From the NCBI GenBank assembly GCA_016209735.1, contig JACQVN010000014.1, forward strand, positions 4,633-68,632: a DNA stretch of 64,000 bases, written 5' to 3'. Of this stretch, positions 15,917-25,716 are shown piece after piece. The notes below the pieces were generated by a model. The model was not told where the DNA came from, did no database searches, and worked only from the letters and a program-made list of their open reading frames with translations. The DNA is from Candidatus Methylomirabilota bacterium. Lineage in GTDB: Bacteria; Methylomirabilota; Methylomirabilia; Methylomirabilales; 2-02-FULL-66-22. The position numbers and the translations under genes were made by a program. Within the stretch, counting starts at the first letter, position 1, and each line of letters opens with the position of its first letter.

Positions 15917-17266
15917 ATGAAACCAATGGGTCACTGCACGGCCACGGAGGCGGAGGGGGCAATTCGCCGCGGAGAACTGACGTCCGAGGCCTACACTGCG
16001 GCCTGCCTCGCGCGGATCGCGGCCATCGAGGGGACGGTCGGGGCGTGGGCGTTCCTCGATCCGGAGCGGGCTCTCGACGAGGCCAGGGCCGCCGACGCGG
16101 CGCGAGGTGCGGGGAAGCCCCTCGGTCCGCTGCACGGACTGCCCGTCGGGGTGAAGGACATCATCGACACCGCCGACATGCCCACCGAGAACGGCACCCC
16201 GCTGCACGCCGGACGACGACCGACCGAGGATGCGGCCGTGGTGGCATCCCTCCGGCGGGCCGGGGCCGTTATCCTGGGCAAGACGGTCACCACCGAACTT
16301 GCCGTCTACTCCCCTGGCAAGACCCGGAACCCCCGCAATCCCGGCCACTCGCCGGGCGGCTCATCCAGCGGCTCCGCCGCAGCCGTGGCTGCCGGCATGG
16401 CGCCGCTGGCGGTCGGCAGCCAGACCAACGGGTCGGTCATCCGCCCGGCGGCCTACTGCGGCGTGGTGGGCTACAAGCCGACATACGGCTGCATCTCGCG
16501 GCACGGAATGCTCCGGCAGTCTCCTCCCCTGGACCAAGTCGGGCTGTTCGCAGACACGCTCGAAGACGCGGCCCTCCTGGCCGAGCCCTTGATGGCCTTC
16601 GACCCGCGGGATCCCGCGATGCGGCCGGGTGGCCGCCGAGAACTCCTGGAGGCGCTCCGCCAGGATCTCCCGACCCGGCCCCGCCTCGGTTTCGTGAGGT
16701 CGCCCTACTGGGAGCAGGCCGCACCCGATGCGCAGTCTGCGTTGGCGGCCCTGGCGGGGCGCCTGGGAGGAGCCGTGGAGGAGGTGCAACTGCCGCCCCC
16801 CTTCAGCGAGGCCGCATCCATCCACCGCACGATCATGGAGGCGGATTTTGCCGTCAGTTTCGCCGCGGAGTATGCCCGGGGCGCCGACCGGCTCAGCCCC
16901 ATGCTCCGGACGATGATCGAGGGGGGTCAGAAGACGACCGCGGCGGACTACCGGCAGGCCCTCAGCCGATCCGCCGGGCTCAAGGCCAACCTGGACGCCC
17001 TCCTCGCCCCCTTCGACGGCTGGATCACTCCCGCCACGACCGGCGAGGCTCCCGCCGGGCTGGCATCGACCGGAAGCCCGATCTTCTGCACGACCTGGAC
17101 GCTCTGTGGCGTCCCGGCCGTGACCGTGCCGCTCCTCACCGGTGCGACCGGCCTGCCCATCGGCGTGCAGGTGGTCGGGCGCGCCGGGCAGGACAGCCGC
17201 CTGCTTCGCGTGGCCCGCTGGCTGGAAGAGACCCTCGGCCGCCCCGACTGCCCCCTGGCCGTGTGA
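15917..17266 (+). CDS. amidase (amidase-signature family, GatA-like)
   Basis: GLPVGVKDIIDTADMPT, GGSSSGSAAAVAAGMAPLAVGSQTNGSVIRPAAYCGVVGYKPTYG (AS signature with the Ser-cisSer-Lys context). Confidence 0.9.
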   Translation: MKPMGHCTATEAEGAIRRGELTSEAYTAACLARIAAIEGTVGAWAFLDPERALDEARAADAARGAGKPLGPLHGLPVGVKDIIDTADMPTENGTPLHAGRRPTEDAAVVASLRRAGAVILGKTVTTELAVYSPGKTRNPRNPGHSPGGSSSGSAAAVAAGMAPLAVGSQTNGSVIRPAAYCGVVGYKPTYGCISRHGMLRQSPPLDQVGLFADTLEDAALLAEPLMAFDPRDPAMRPGGRRELLEALRQDLPTRPRLGFVRSPYWEQAAPDAQSALAALAGRLGGAVEEVQLPPPFSEAASIHRTIMEADFAVSFAAEYARGADRLSPMLRTMIEGGQKTTAADYRQALSRSAGLKANLDALLAPFDGWITPATTGEAPAGLASTGSPIFCTTWTLCGVPAVTVPLLTGATGLPIGVQVVGRAGQDSRLLRVARWLEETLGRPDCPLAV

Positions 17267-17272
17267 AAATGA

Positions 17273-17382
17273 CCTGGTTTTTGCGCTGAGCGCGCAAAAA
17301 CCAAAACTGAAAGGCATCGGAACCCCTATGGGATTGGTTCGGAGTAAACAACGACCAAGCCGAAAGGCGGCAACCCCGATGG
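17273..17382 (+). repeat. about 110-nt repeat family D, copy 1 (hairpin GGTTTTTGCGC/GCGCAAAAACC plus conserved tail)
   Basis: CCTGGTTTTTGCGCTGAGCGCGCAAAAACCAAAACTGAAAGG...GGGATTGGTTCGGAG...GACCAAGCCGAAAGG..AACCCCGATGG. Aligns along its full length with 25970-26081 and partly with 21704-21795. Confidence 0.8.
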
Positions 17383-17385
17383 TCC

Positions 17386-18141
17386 CTATTCTCGGGTCAG
17401 GGTTTCTTTCTTGAGCAACGAGGCCGAGGCGGCGTCCAGGAAGAGGTGGCAGCGCGGGTGGGTGCGGAGGACCGAGGCCGGGAAGAGAGGGCTGATCTGG
17501 CCTTCCAGGCAAGCCTGGACCGCTTTGGCCTTGCGTTGATCCGGGACCGTGCCGACGATGTGGGCCGCCTTCAGGATCTGTCTGATGCTCATGGAGACGG
17601 CCAGGCGCGGGACGTGGTCCAGGGTCTTGAACCAGCCTTCGCCCATCTGCTGCCGCCGGCAGGCCTCGTCCAGCGGCACCACGATGAAGGGCATCTCGGT
17701 GGCGAAGTCGGCGGGGGGATCGTTGAAGGCCAGGTGGCCGTTCTCCCCGATCCCCACGAAGGCGGCATCCACCGGCGTCGCGGCGATGATGGCATTCAGC
17801 CGTCGGATCTCCGCGGCCAGGTCGGGCGCATCGCCCGTAATGAAGTGGACCGTCCCGATGGGCACCTTGCCGGTCAACCGCTCGCGGAGGTAGCGGCGGA
17901 AGCTGGCCGGGTGGCTCGCCGGCATGTCGATGTACTCGTCCAGGTGGAACATGGTGATCCGCTCCCAGGGGATGCCCTGCGCCGCGGTGAGATGCTCCAA
18001 GAAAGCGAACTGGGACGCCCCCGTGGCGGCGACGAAGGCGGCCCGGCCCTTCTCGCGGATGGCGGTTCGCAGGATCTCCGCCGCGCTCTCGGCGGCGGTG
18101 CGGGACATCTCCGCGGCGCTTGGAAACACCGCGATCTTCAT
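17386..18141 (-). CDS. nagB: glucosamine-6-phosphate deaminase family protein
   Basis: Start at ATG 18141 (MKIAVFPSAAEM...). ATGASQ..., MFHLDEY, GIGENGHLAFNDP. Confidence 0.85.
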   Translation of the reverse strand: MKIAVFPSAAEMSRTAAESAAEILRTAIREKGRAAFVAATGASQFAFLEHLTAAQGIPWERITMFHLDEYIDMPASHPASFRRYLRERLTGKVPIGTVHFITGDAPDLAAEIRRLNAIIAATPVDAAFVGIGENGHLAFNDPPADFATEMPFIVVPLDEACRRQQMGEGWFKTLDHVPRLAVSMSIRQILKAAHIVGTVPDQRKAKAVQACLEGQISPLFPASVLRTHPRCHLFLDAASASLLKKETLTRE

Positions 18142-18158
18142 CTGGCCCCCGGGCGGAA

Positions 18159-18253
18159 CTTGCCATTTGCGATTGCAGATTGAAGGCTTGCCTGATTCAA
18201 TCGCATCCCGAAATCTGAAATCGCACATCGCAAATCGAAAATCTGAAATCAGG
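18159..18253. repeat. word-repeat hairpin (GCGATT/AATCGC, CAGATT/AATCTG words)
   Basis: CTTGCCATTTGCGATTGCAGATTGAAGG..TGATTCAATCGCATCCCGAAATCTGAAATCGCACATCGCAAATCGAAAATCTGAAATCAGG. Lies between the smpB stop and the nagB start. Confidence 0.8.
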
Positions 18254-18755
18254 CCTCGTACCGGTCGGCGCGTCCCCGCGAGGCCCGCGCCACCTCTCGC
18301 TCGGCTTCCCGGGCCTTGATATCCTCCCGGCGGTCGTATGCCTTCTTCCCGCGCGCCAGCCCCAGCGACACCTTCACGTAGGGCCCCTTCAGGTACAAGC
18401 TCAGCGGCACGAGGGTCAGACCCTTCTCCTCCACCTTGCCGATGAGGCGCCGGAGCTGCTCTCGGCGCATCAGGAGCTTCCGCGGCCTGAGCGGATCGGC
18501 GTGGAATCTCCCGGCCTGCTCGTACGGGCTGACGTGGCAGTTCCGCAGAAACAATTCCCCGCGCTCGAAGGCGGCATACCCATCGCGCAGGTTGGCCCGC
18601 CCCTGCCGGATGGACTTGACCTCGTTTCCCTGGAGGACGATGCCGGCCTCGAAAGTCTCCTCGATATGGTAGTCGTGGCGGGCCTTGCGGTTGCCGGCCA
18701 GGAACTTCACGCCTTCGGCGCCGGTCGTGGCGGATTTCCGCTGGACATGGGCCAT
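18249..18755 (-). CDS. smpB: SsrA-binding protein
   Basis: Start at ATG 18755. NRKARHDYHIEETFEAGIVLQGNEVKS.R.G.ANL.D.Y......E.FL.N.H.SPY...........R.RKLL..R.E...L. Confidence 0.92.
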   Translation of the reverse strand: MAHVQRKSATTGAEGVKFLAGNRKARHDYHIEETFEAGIVLQGNEVKSIRQGRANLRDGYAAFERGELFLRNCHVSPYEQAGRFHADPLRPRKLLMRREQLRRLIGKVEEKGLTLVPLSLYLKGPYVKVSLGLARGKKAYDRREDIKAREAEREVARASRGRADRYEA

Positions 18756-18789
18756 GGCGGACCGCGTTATCTGCCCGGCCGAAAGAGTC

Positions 18790-19254
18790 TCACGCCCGTT
18801 CCGGCCCGAGGATGTCGCCGAGGGAGTCGAGGCACACCTGGGAAAGCTCCTCGACCCAGCGAAGACCGTATATGGCCCGGTCCGAAGATTCTCCGGGCAG
18901 AAGCGATGTCCACACCACTTCGGCCGCCAACCGGGACGCGATCGTCGCGCCGGGGAGCCAAATCTGTAGCCGCGTGCGCGGGGGGAGAGAGACGCCCCGG
19001 AGCCTGAGCGCCGCCCCACTACGGCTCACATTGAGCAGGGATCCGGCGAAGGCACGGCCGAAGGAAACCTGCCAGGCATGGATGAGGGCGGCGCGAACGG
19101 GAATCACCGCCCTGCGCCGGGGGAACCGGCGGGGAACCTGCGCACTCTCGGATGGTGGCGCCTTCTGACGCTGGAGACCAGACTCACTCACCTCCCCCTC
19201 CTGGGGGGACGCACGGCCCGCTGGTTCTTCTTGCCCGTCACGCGTATTGACCAT
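18790..19254 (-). CDS. PilZ domain protein
   Basis: RRFPRR...V.V... and LLNVSRSGAALRL, which fit the PilZ RxxxR / (D/N)xSxxG motifs. The N-terminal 40 aa are low complexity. Confidence 0.6.
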   Translation of the reverse strand: MVNTRDGQEEPAGRASPQEGEVSESGLQRQKAPPSESAQVPRRFPRRRAVIPVRAALIHAWQVSFGRAFAGSLLNVSRSGAALRLRGVSLPPRTRLQIWLPGATIASRLAAEVVWTSLLPGESSDRAIYGLRWVEELSQVCLDSLGDILGPERA

Positions 19255-19320
19255 AGCACGTCAACTCCTTTTCCCGCCACCTCTTTGTCGCAGAGCTTCC
19301 CCGAGGCGATTCCCGGCGGG

Positions 19321-20853
19321 CTAACGGCGAGGGCCGCGGTCCAGCGAGCGGTACTGGATGGCTTCGGCCACTTGCTCGGCCTGGATGCCCTCCACCCCCG
19401 CCAGGTCGGCGATCGTCCGCCCCACCTTGAGGATCCGGTCGTAGGCGCGGGCCGAGAGGCCCAGGCGGTCCATGGCCCGCTCCAGGAGGCTCCTGGCCTC
19501 GCCGTCCACCTGGCAGAATCGTCGGATCTGCCTGGTGCTCATGTGGGCATTGCAGTAGATCTTGCTGCGGCGGAATCGCTCCTGCTGGAGCTGGCGGGCA
19601 CAGCGCACCCGCTCCCGAATGGCTGCCGAGGGCTCGCCCGACGGCTCGCCGGTCAGCTCCCGCTGCTTGACCGGCGGCACGTCGATGTGGATGTCGATTC
19701 GGTCCAAGAGCGGCCCAGAGATGCGGGCCAGGTATCGCTGGATCTGAAGCGGCGTGCAGGAGCACTCCTTGGTGGGATCGGTGGCGTAGCCGCATGGGCA
19801 CGGGTTCATGGCCGCCGCGAGCATGAACCGAGCCGGGTAGGTGAGCGAGGAGAGGGCGCGCGCGATGGTCACCTGCCCGTCCTCCAGGGGCTGCCGCAGC
19901 ACCTCCAGCACATGCCGCTTGAATTCGGGCAGCTCGTCCAGGAAGAGAACCCCGTGGTGGGCCAGGCTCACCTCCCCCGGCCGGGGGATGTTCCCGCCCC
20001 CGATGAGGCCGGCGTCCGAGATGGTGTGGTGCGGCGCCCGGAATGGCCGCGTGGCCAGGAGGGCCTGCCGGGGCGGGAGCAGGCCGCAAATCGAGTGGAC
20101 CTTGGTGGTGGAGATGGCCTCCTCCAGCGACAGGTTCGGGAGGATGGTGGGCAGGCGGCGTGCCAGCATGGTTTTCCCCGAGCCGGGGGGGCCGATGAGC
20201 AGAATGTTGTGCCCCCCGGCCGCCGCCACCTCCAGGGCCCGCTTGGCGTGCTCCTGGCCCTTGACGTCGGAAAAGTCCACCTGGTAGTCCGCCGATTGGG
20301 CGAAGGCAGCCTCCAGGTCGATGCGGGTCGGCGCGAGCGGCTGCTCATCGTTGAGCAGGGCCAGGGTCTGCAGCAGGCTCGCCACGCCGAGGACCGGCAT
20401 CCCCTCCACCACCGCGGCCTCGGCGGCATTTTCGGCCGGGACGATGATCCCGTCCAGGCCGGCCTCCTTGGCGGCCACGGCCATGCACAGGGTGCCCCGG
20501 ATCGGCCGCACCGAGCCGTCCAGGGAGAGCTCGCCCAGGATGGCGAGGCGGGGCAGCCGGTCGGGCCGGATCATCTCCTGCGCCGCCAGGATGCCCACGG
20601 CCGTGGGCAGGTCGAAGGCCGCGCCCTCTTTCTTGATGTCCGCGGGGGCGAGGTTGACCGTGATCCGCTTGGCGGGAAAGTCGAAGCCGGAGTTCTTGAT
20701 GGCGGCCTTCACCCGGTCCCGGCTCTCCTTCACGGCCATGTCGGGCAGGCCGACCGTGTTGAAGGTGGGGAGGCCGAGGGCGATGTCCACCTCGACCGCC
20801 ACCAGGTAGGCATCCACGCCGAGGACCGCGCTGGACCAGACCTTGGCGAGCAT
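19321..20853 (-). CDS. comM: YifB/ComM family Mg-chelatase-like AAA+ ATPase
   Basis: [23 protein letters not shown]..., Walker [26 protein letters not shown]-terminal [21 protein letters not shown]. Confidence 0.95.
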   Translation of the reverse strand: MLAKVWSSAVLGVDAYLVAVEVDIALGLPTFNTVGLPDMAVKESRDRVKAAIKNSGFDFPAKRITVNLAPADIKKEGAAFDLPTAVGILAAQEMIRPDRLPRLAILGELSLDGSVRPIRGTLCMAVAAKEAGLDGIIVPAENAAEAAVVEGMPVLGVASLLQTLALLNDEQPLAPTRIDLEAAFAQSADYQVDFSDVKGQEHAKRALEVAAAGGHNILLIGPPGSGKTMLARRLPTILPNLSLEEAISTTKVHSICGLLPPRQALLATRPFRAPHHTISDAGLIGGGNIPRPGEVSLAHHGVLFLDELPEFKRHVLEVLRQPLEDGQVTIARALSSLTYPARFMLAAAMNPCPCGYATDPTKECSCTPLQIQRYLARISGPLLDRIDIHIDVPPVKQRELTGEPSGEPSAAIRERVRCARQLQQERFRRSKIYCNAHMSTRQIRRFCQVDGEARSLLERAMDRLGLSARAYDRILKVGRTIADLAGVEGIQAEQVAEAIQYRSLDRGPRR

Positions 20854-21311
20854 CGGGCGCCTCCCGTCTGGGGGGGGAACGGAGGCCAGGCATTGCCGGA
20901 GCGTCTGTTAGCACGAACGACGGGCAGGCGTCAATGGAAAAGCTCCGTCTCGATGCCCCTTGCCCTTCCGAGCAAATCGTGGTATCAGCTTTTTGGCGAG
21001 TCATCCGCCGGCAAGAGGAGACGCCATGGAGAGTCGCGGTGTATTTCCCCCTTGCGCGGGATGCACTCCGCCTGTGGCCGCGGCACCACCTTGCCCACCT
21101 GTCGGGTCCATCGGTCCCTGGTACCCTCGGATCTATTCCATGCTCCGCCGGAGGTGACCCGAACCGTCGCGAACCTCGAAGTTCCGGAGGTGGTTCAACC
21201 CGAACCCATCGCTGGATCACGGCCCCGGCGATGGGCGTTTAAGGCGACACGGGCTTTTTTCAGTGAAATGGGTAGCAAAGAGCGCTACCCCCAAGAGAGG
21301 AGGGCAGACAC

Positions 21312-21701
21312 ATGGCGAAGGTTACCCATCTCGTCCTGAACCTGCAGAGCAAGCCTGGCGTGCTGGCAAACGTGGCGGGAATCCTGGGCAAAGCGGGGGT
21401 CAACATCGAGGGCATCTGCGCCGTAGAGACGGCCGGCCGCGGAAAGATCCGCCTCCTTGTCTCTGACCCGGCCAAAGCGGAGGCGGCGTTGAAGGAGGCC
21501 AAGATCCGCTGCGGACACGAGGATGCGGTCGCCGTGTCCCTGGAGAATCGACCGGGCGCGCTGGCCGAGGCGGCGGGAAAACTGGCCCGAGCCAAGGTGA
21601 ACATCAAGGGGGTGTACGCCTCCGCCATCGCCACGGGACCGGCGGCGGTTGTCCTGACGGTCTCCAACGTCCCGAAGGCCCTGGCGGCCCTGGGCGGCTA
21701 G
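21312..21701 (+). CDS. ACT domain-containing protein (two ACT repeats)
   Basis: Two repeats of the type L.N.PG.LA.....L..A.VNI.G. Strong GAGAGGAGGG Shine-Dalgarno. Confidence 0.75.
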   Translation: MAKVTHLVLNLQSKPGVLANVAGILGKAGVNIEGICAVETAGRGKIRLLVSDPAKAEAALKEAKIRCGHEDAVAVSLENRPGALAEAAGKLARAKVNIKGVYASAIATGPAAVVLTVSNVPKALAALGG

Positions 21702-21703
21702 TG

Positions 21704-21795
21704 CCTGGTTTTTGCGCCGCGTGCGCACGAACCAATTCCTTGCACCACCTGGTGGGATAGATCGAACGGCGGTGCACAATGCAGGCAATACCCGG
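21704..21795 (+). repeat. repeat family D, divergent copy 3
   Basis: CCTGGTTTTTGCGCCGCGTGCGCACGAACCAAT...GGTGGGAT..., starting 2 nt after the ACT gene stop. The hairpin is partly degraded. Confidence 0.55.
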
Positions 21796-21937
21796 CCTAC
21801 CCTGACGGAGGGCGGGGCGGCAGGGCAGCGGGGCGCTGCCCTGCCGCTTTCACCGTTCGAGCGGTTCCCGGACGGGCCCTCCGCCCATCGTCCGATCACT
21901 GCTTCCTCTCCGGACCACGAACCGGTCGGTCCTGGGT

Positions 21938-22147
21938 GCCCCGCGCAGTATCTCCCAGCGGGCGGGGCTGGCCGCCCTGGCGATGATGCAGTACCTCTAC
22001 GCGCGGGGGCTGGCCGTCCGGCCCGGCACCGAGTTCGGCGCCCGGGGGGAGAGGCACATCCGATTCTCCTTCGCCCCCGCGGTCGGCGTGATCGAGGCCG
22101 GCGTGGCCCTCTTCCGGGCGGCGCTGGCGGAGTTGCAGGCGGGGTGA
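21938..22147 (+). pseudogene. C-terminal remnant of a class I/II aminotransferase
   Basis: In-frame translation APRSISQRAGLAALAMMQYLYARGLAVRPGTEFGARGERHIRFSFAPAVGVIEAGVALFRAALAELQAG-stop matches the aminotransferase tail pattern (G.av.PG..FG..g..h.R.sfa). No upstream body or start codon. Confidence 0.5.
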
Positions 22148-22494
22148 GGCGCGAGGCGGCCGGCCCAAAACGGGTTCCCGGTGAAACGATGAAGGGTGGA
22201 CTCGGATGGCTGTTCACACGCCGAGGGTGAGGTCCGACCGCACGAGCGTGAGCGCCCAGTCCAGCTCCGCCGTGTCCTGTTTGTCCAGTCGGGCGGCGGC
22301 CTTTCCAGAATTGCAGCGGGCGGACAATGGACATATAATCCCCTCCTCCGACGACAAACGCGTCGAGCGGACCGCCCTGCACCTCACTCCCGCTTCACCG
22401 ATCCAGGTCTGGGCTCGGCGCGAAGCATGCGACCCGGCAACGGCCGGCGCGAAGGGGCGCCGGATGGTCTTCGGCCCCTCACCGTGGAGGCAGA

Positions 22495-24576
22495 ATGGAC
22501 GTTGGACTCGCCGATCTCCTGGCGTCTTTGACCGCGATCGGGCACTCGCTGCAGGAGGCCTTCGATCCCCAGCGGTTCCTGGCGGAGTTCTCCGCGCCCG
22601 TGGAGCGGCTGGTACCGCACGACCGGCTCATGATCTCCCACCTCGAGGAGGGCGGGCGGCTCTCCGTTTTTGCCGAGTATGCCCGGCGCGGCCCCCTGGT
22701 CCATGTGGGGCACTACACCATCGACTTCGACGCGGCGGGTCACTACGACCCTGGCGAGCAGCTCTTGAGCTCCGTGCTGGCGGACGAGCCCATGCTCGTC
22801 GCCGACATCCAGAATGATGCCCGGTTCGGCCGGGCGGGCGGCGTGCTGTCGAAGGTGCTTCAGTCCGGGCTCCGCTCGCGGTTGGCGGTTCCCATGACGA
22901 GTCGTGGCCGAATCATGGGAACCCTCTCCGCGACGAGTTATGAGCCGGGCCGCTACACCGAGGATCACCTCCGAACCCTCCAGCAAGTAGCGGACCTGAT
23001 CGCGCCCTTCATCGAGAACGTCGTCCTTCTCCACCGCGAACGGCGCCGCCGGCGTCGGCTGGCCGCCCTCTCGGACCTTGCCCGCGTCTTCGGCGCCAGC
23101 CTGGACATCAAGGAGCGCTTCGACCAACTGGCGGAGGCCGTGCGGCCGCACCTGGATTTCGACGTCATGGGGGCCAGGGTCCTCGGGGCGAGCGGGCGGG
23201 ACCTGGAGATCGTGCGCCAGGTGAACGACGCCTACGGGGTGCCCTTCCCGGACCGGATCCCCCTGGACCACCTGTCCTTCTTCCCCCGCCTCGAGGCGGG
23301 GGAGCCGGTGCTGATTCGCGACACGCTGGCGGAGCTCGACCGCGGGCGCCCCGGGGATCGCGGCATCATGGAGGGTGGGAGCCGCTCGAACCTCCTCGTC
23401 CCCCTCCGGACTTTCGAGCAGGTGATCGGGTACCTGTTCTTCGGCAAGCGGCAGCCCAACTGGTTCAACACGACAGACGTGGAGATCGCCAGCGCCATAG
23501 CGGCGCAGGTCGTGGTGGCGCTCCAGCACCAACGGCTCGCCGAGGAGCGAGAGGGGCGCGCCCGTGTGGAGGGGCGCGCCCGCCAACTGGAGGAGCGGCT
23601 CGTCACGCTCCGGCAGAAACTGGACGAGCGGTACGGCTTCGACCGGATCCTCGGGACGGCGGCGGTCTTCCGGGAGGCCCTGGAGCGCGCGGCCAAGGTG
23701 GCGCCCACCGAGACGACGGTCCTGCTCACCGGGGAGAGCGGGACCGGGAAGGAGCTGGTCGCCCGGGCCATTCACCATGGCAGCCCGCGCGCCGAGGGCC
23801 CCTATGTGGCCCTCAACTGCGCGGCGCTTTCCGAGACGCTGGTGGAGTCGGAGCTGTTCGGCCACGAGCGCGGCGCCTTCACCGGCGCCGACCGGCAGAA
23901 ACCCGGCCGCTTCGAGCTGGCCGCCGGGGGAACGCTCTTCCTGGACGAGGTGGCCGAGCTGCCGCCCAGCGTCCAGGCCAAGCTCCTCCGCGTCCTCCAG
24001 GAGCACGAATTCCAACGCGTCGGAGGGACCGCGACCCTCCGGGCCGACGTCCGCCTCATCGCCGCCACGAACCGCGATCTGCCGCGGGCCGTGTCAGACG
24101 GCACGTTTCGCGAGGACCTGTTCTACCGCCTCAACGTCTTCAGCGTCCATCTGCCACCGCTGCGGGAGCGGGGCGACGACGTGCTCTTGCTGGCGCGCCA
24201 CTTCGTGTGGGAGATCGGCGAGCGCCTGGGGAAGAGCGAGTCGAGGCTCAGCCCCGAAGCGCAGGACGCGCTGCTGGCCTACCGATGGCCCGGCAACACC
24301 CGGGAACTCGAGAACGCCATCGAGCGCGCCCTCATCCTCGCGGAAGGGGGCGTCCTCACGCCGGCCTATTTGGGTCTGGGCGGGGTGGGGGAGCAGCGGC
24401 CAAGCGACGGGGGTTCCGAGAGCAAGGCCGAACCGCAATCCCTCGCCGAGTTGGAGCGGCACGCCATCCTCGCCGCCCTGGACAACACCCACGGCAACAA
24501 GACGCGTGCTGCGGCCCTCCTCGGGATCACCCGGACGCAGCTCCACACCCGCCTGAAACGCTTCGGAATCCCGTAG
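22495..24576 (+). CDS. sigma-54-dependent transcriptional activator with two N-terminal GAF domains
   Basis: Two GAF-like regions, GESGTGKE Walker [16 protein letters not shown], and C-terminal [24 protein letters not shown]. Confidence 0.93.
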   Translation: MDVGLADLLASLTAIGHSLQEAFDPQRFLAEFSAPVERLVPHDRLMISHLEEGGRLSVFAEYARRGPLVHVGHYTIDFDAAGHYDPGEQLLSSVLADEPMLVADIQNDARFGRAGGVLSKVLQSGLRSRLAVPMTSRGRIMGTLSATSYEPGRYTEDHLRTLQQVADLIAPFIENVVLLHRERRRRRRLAALSDLARVFGASLDIKERFDQLAEAVRPHLDFDVMGARVLGASGRDLEIVRQVNDAYGVPFPDRIPLDHLSFFPRLEAGEPVLIRDTLAELDRGRPGDRGIMEGGSRSNLLVPLRTFEQVIGYLFFGKRQPNWFNTTDVEIASAIAAQVVVALQHQRLAEEREGRARVEGRARQLEERLVTLRQKLDERYGFDRILGTAAVFREALERAAKVAPTETTVLLTGESGTGKELVARAIHHGSPRAEGPYVALNCAALSETLVESELFGHERGAFTGADRQKPGRFELAAGGTLFLDEVAELPPSVQAKLLRVLQEHEFQRVGGTATLRADVRLIAATNRDLPRAVSDGTFREDLFYRLNVFSVHLPPLRERGDDVLLLARHFVWEIGERLGKSESRLSPEAQDALLAYRWPGNTRELENAIERALILAEGGVLTPAYLGLGGVGEQRPSDGGSESKAEPQSLAELERHAILAALDNTHGNKTRAAALLGITRTQLHTRLKRFGIP

Positions 24577-24612
24577 ACGTCGGCCGTCCAATTCTACACA
24601 CCACTGTCCACC

Positions 24613-24634
24613 GTTACGCAGTCCATTGCGTAAC
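24613..24634 (+). promoter_or_regulatory. candidate enhancer (UAS) inverted repeat
   Basis: GTTACGCA-N6-TGCGTAAC, perfect 8-bp arms. Lies about 75-95 nt upstream of the sigma-54 promoter, with AT-rich sequence between the two. Confidence 0.4.
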
Positions 24635-24705
24635 CATACACGCCTCGTTCGATCTCATTTCTATAGAATTGCGTGTTTTAAATAAGTTATGTTGCTTCCC
24701 GCAAG

Positions 24706-24721
24706 TGGCACATGCGCTGCA
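24706..24721 (+). promoter_or_regulatory. sigma-54 (-24/-12) promoter
   Basis: TGGCAC-ATGCG-CTGCA. GG and GC are spaced exactly as in the TGGCAC-N5-TTGCA consensus. Lies between the activator gene and the next + strand gene. Confidence 0.6.
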
Positions 24722-24968
24722 TGTTCTTCATTCTGGTAACAGTTCGGCGAGTGGAGAGTGGTGCCGGACGGCGACCCGCGACACGACGATACGGATGAGT
24801 TGCTGGCGTGCCCAACCGGTGGCCTCGTGAGGTACAGGAGATCAAGGGAGAGCGCAGGGGTCGCAGCAACGGCACAGTGGCTTGTCGAGAGTGCGACGGC
24901 AATGGGCAGCCACTGGGTACGCCCCTACGGTGAATTGAATGGGAGACAGCAGGGAAGGAGGCATCTTC

Positions 24969-25559
24969 ATGAGGAAAAAGAGGTGGTGCTGGTGGCAACC
25001 CGTGATTCTTTTTCTGGGATTGGTTCCCGCCCTGGTGCGTGCACAAGCACAAAGGGTGAACCCGCCCTCGACTCCGCTCCTGGCGCTGCCGGCCGCAGAC
25101 GTGTCGACCCGGATTCCCGGGGAGCCCGGGGGCCTGGCGATCCTGCTCTTCATCGTCGTGACAACGCTGGTCCTCGCGGCCATCATCACGGCGAACGAGG
25201 TCCGGAGAAAGCGAGAGGAGGAGACGGTCGCCCTCGAAACGCGAATCAGCGGCGCGTTGCTGGAGACCCCGGGTCTGGTCAGCTCCTCGGCCACGCCGAC
25301 CGTTCACATTCCGTTCTGGAGGGGCGCCCCGGTCAGGATCGAAATGACGGGGAAGGTTCCGACGCCTTCCCTGGAGCAATCGGCTCTGCGGGTGGCGGCG
25401 CAGGTGGCCTCCAGGTTCCGGCCCGACTCCTCCGTGGAGAACCGACTGGCGGTTGCCCCGCCAAATGGCGCACGCGCCACCGAACGGTTTCGCCCGAGCA
25501 CGCAGATGCCGGCGCGAAAAGAGAACAACACCTGGTTGGCCGCCTCACAACACTCATAG
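24969..25559 (+). CDS. secreted/membrane protein with C-terminal BON-like domain
   Basis: Start at ATG 24969 (GGAAGGAGG upstream). Signal peptide ...LVRAQAQ, a TM helix, then VRIEMTGKVPTPSLEQSALRVAAQVASRF....SVENRLAV, which resembles a BON domain. Confidence 0.5.
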   Translation: MRKKRWCWWQPVILFLGLVPALVRAQAQRVNPPSTPLLALPAADVSTRIPGEPGGLAILLFIVVTTLVLAAIITANEVRRKREEETVALETRISGALLETPGLVSSSATPTVHIPFWRGAPVRIEMTGKVPTPSLEQSALRVAAQVASRFRPDSSVENRLAVAPPNGARATERFRPSTQMPARKENNTWLAASQHS

Positions 25560-25663
25560 CACGCAAGTCCCTGGCGGCGAACGCGGCCAGGGTCGCCCTG
25601 CGCAAGTTCGTGTTCCTGCCAGAGCACCTGGCCCATTAGGCCCAATATTGGCAGCGTTCGAGC

Positions 25664-25709
25664 AAATCCCCCCCTCCCCCCTTTACCAAAGGGGGGCGAG
25701 GGGGGATTT
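25664..25709. repeat. C/G-tract hairpin
   Basis: AAATCCCCCCTCCCCCC-TTTACCAA-AGGGGGGCGAGGGGGGATTT, just 3-prime of the 80-aa gene. Confidence 0.8.
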
Positions 25710-25716
25710 CGCCCGG

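Noticed and set aside
18142-19320. tmRNA (ssrA) next to smpB
   Set aside because: I saw no tRNA-like acceptor or T-arm ending in CCA and no tag-peptide reading frame in the flanks. The spacers are occupied by a word-repeat hairpin and the PilZ gene.
21195-21210. GGTTCAACCCGAACC resembling a tRNA T-arm
   Set aside because: No complementary T-stem, acceptor stem or anticodon arm could be built around it.
20854-21311. 458-nt intergenic region between comM and the ACT-domain gene as a possible ncRNA or riboswitch
   Set aside because: I found only a small GGGTAGC/GCTACCC hairpin before the ACT gene RBS and a weak T-tract at about 21255. I recognise no motif and see no convincing ORF. It is left unannotated, and RNA-seq or an Rfam scan could revisit it.
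22224-22382. Minus-strand start with a strong Shine-Dalgarno (GGAGGAGGGG-N5-ATG at about 22335)
   Set aside because: The ATG frame runs for about 350 codons antisense through the aminotransferase remnant and the ACT gene with non-protein-like composition. Another frame gives a plausible 25-aa tail (...AAARLDKQDTAELDWALTLVRSDLTLGV) but has no start. It may be a decayed small gene, but not enough supports a call.
22384-24015. 543-aa minus-strand ORF. The same situation applies to 47978..50332, 44186..46039, 36899..38362, 16361..18166, 19078..21339, 51741..53108 and 6568..7590
   Set aside because: Each is antisense to, or out of frame with, a gene carrying strong family signatures: the sigma-54 activator, sucCD, fabH/plsX, ribBA, amidase/nagB, comM, icd, and the sigma-54 response regulator / histidine kinase pair. 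I treat them as GC-driven artefacts.
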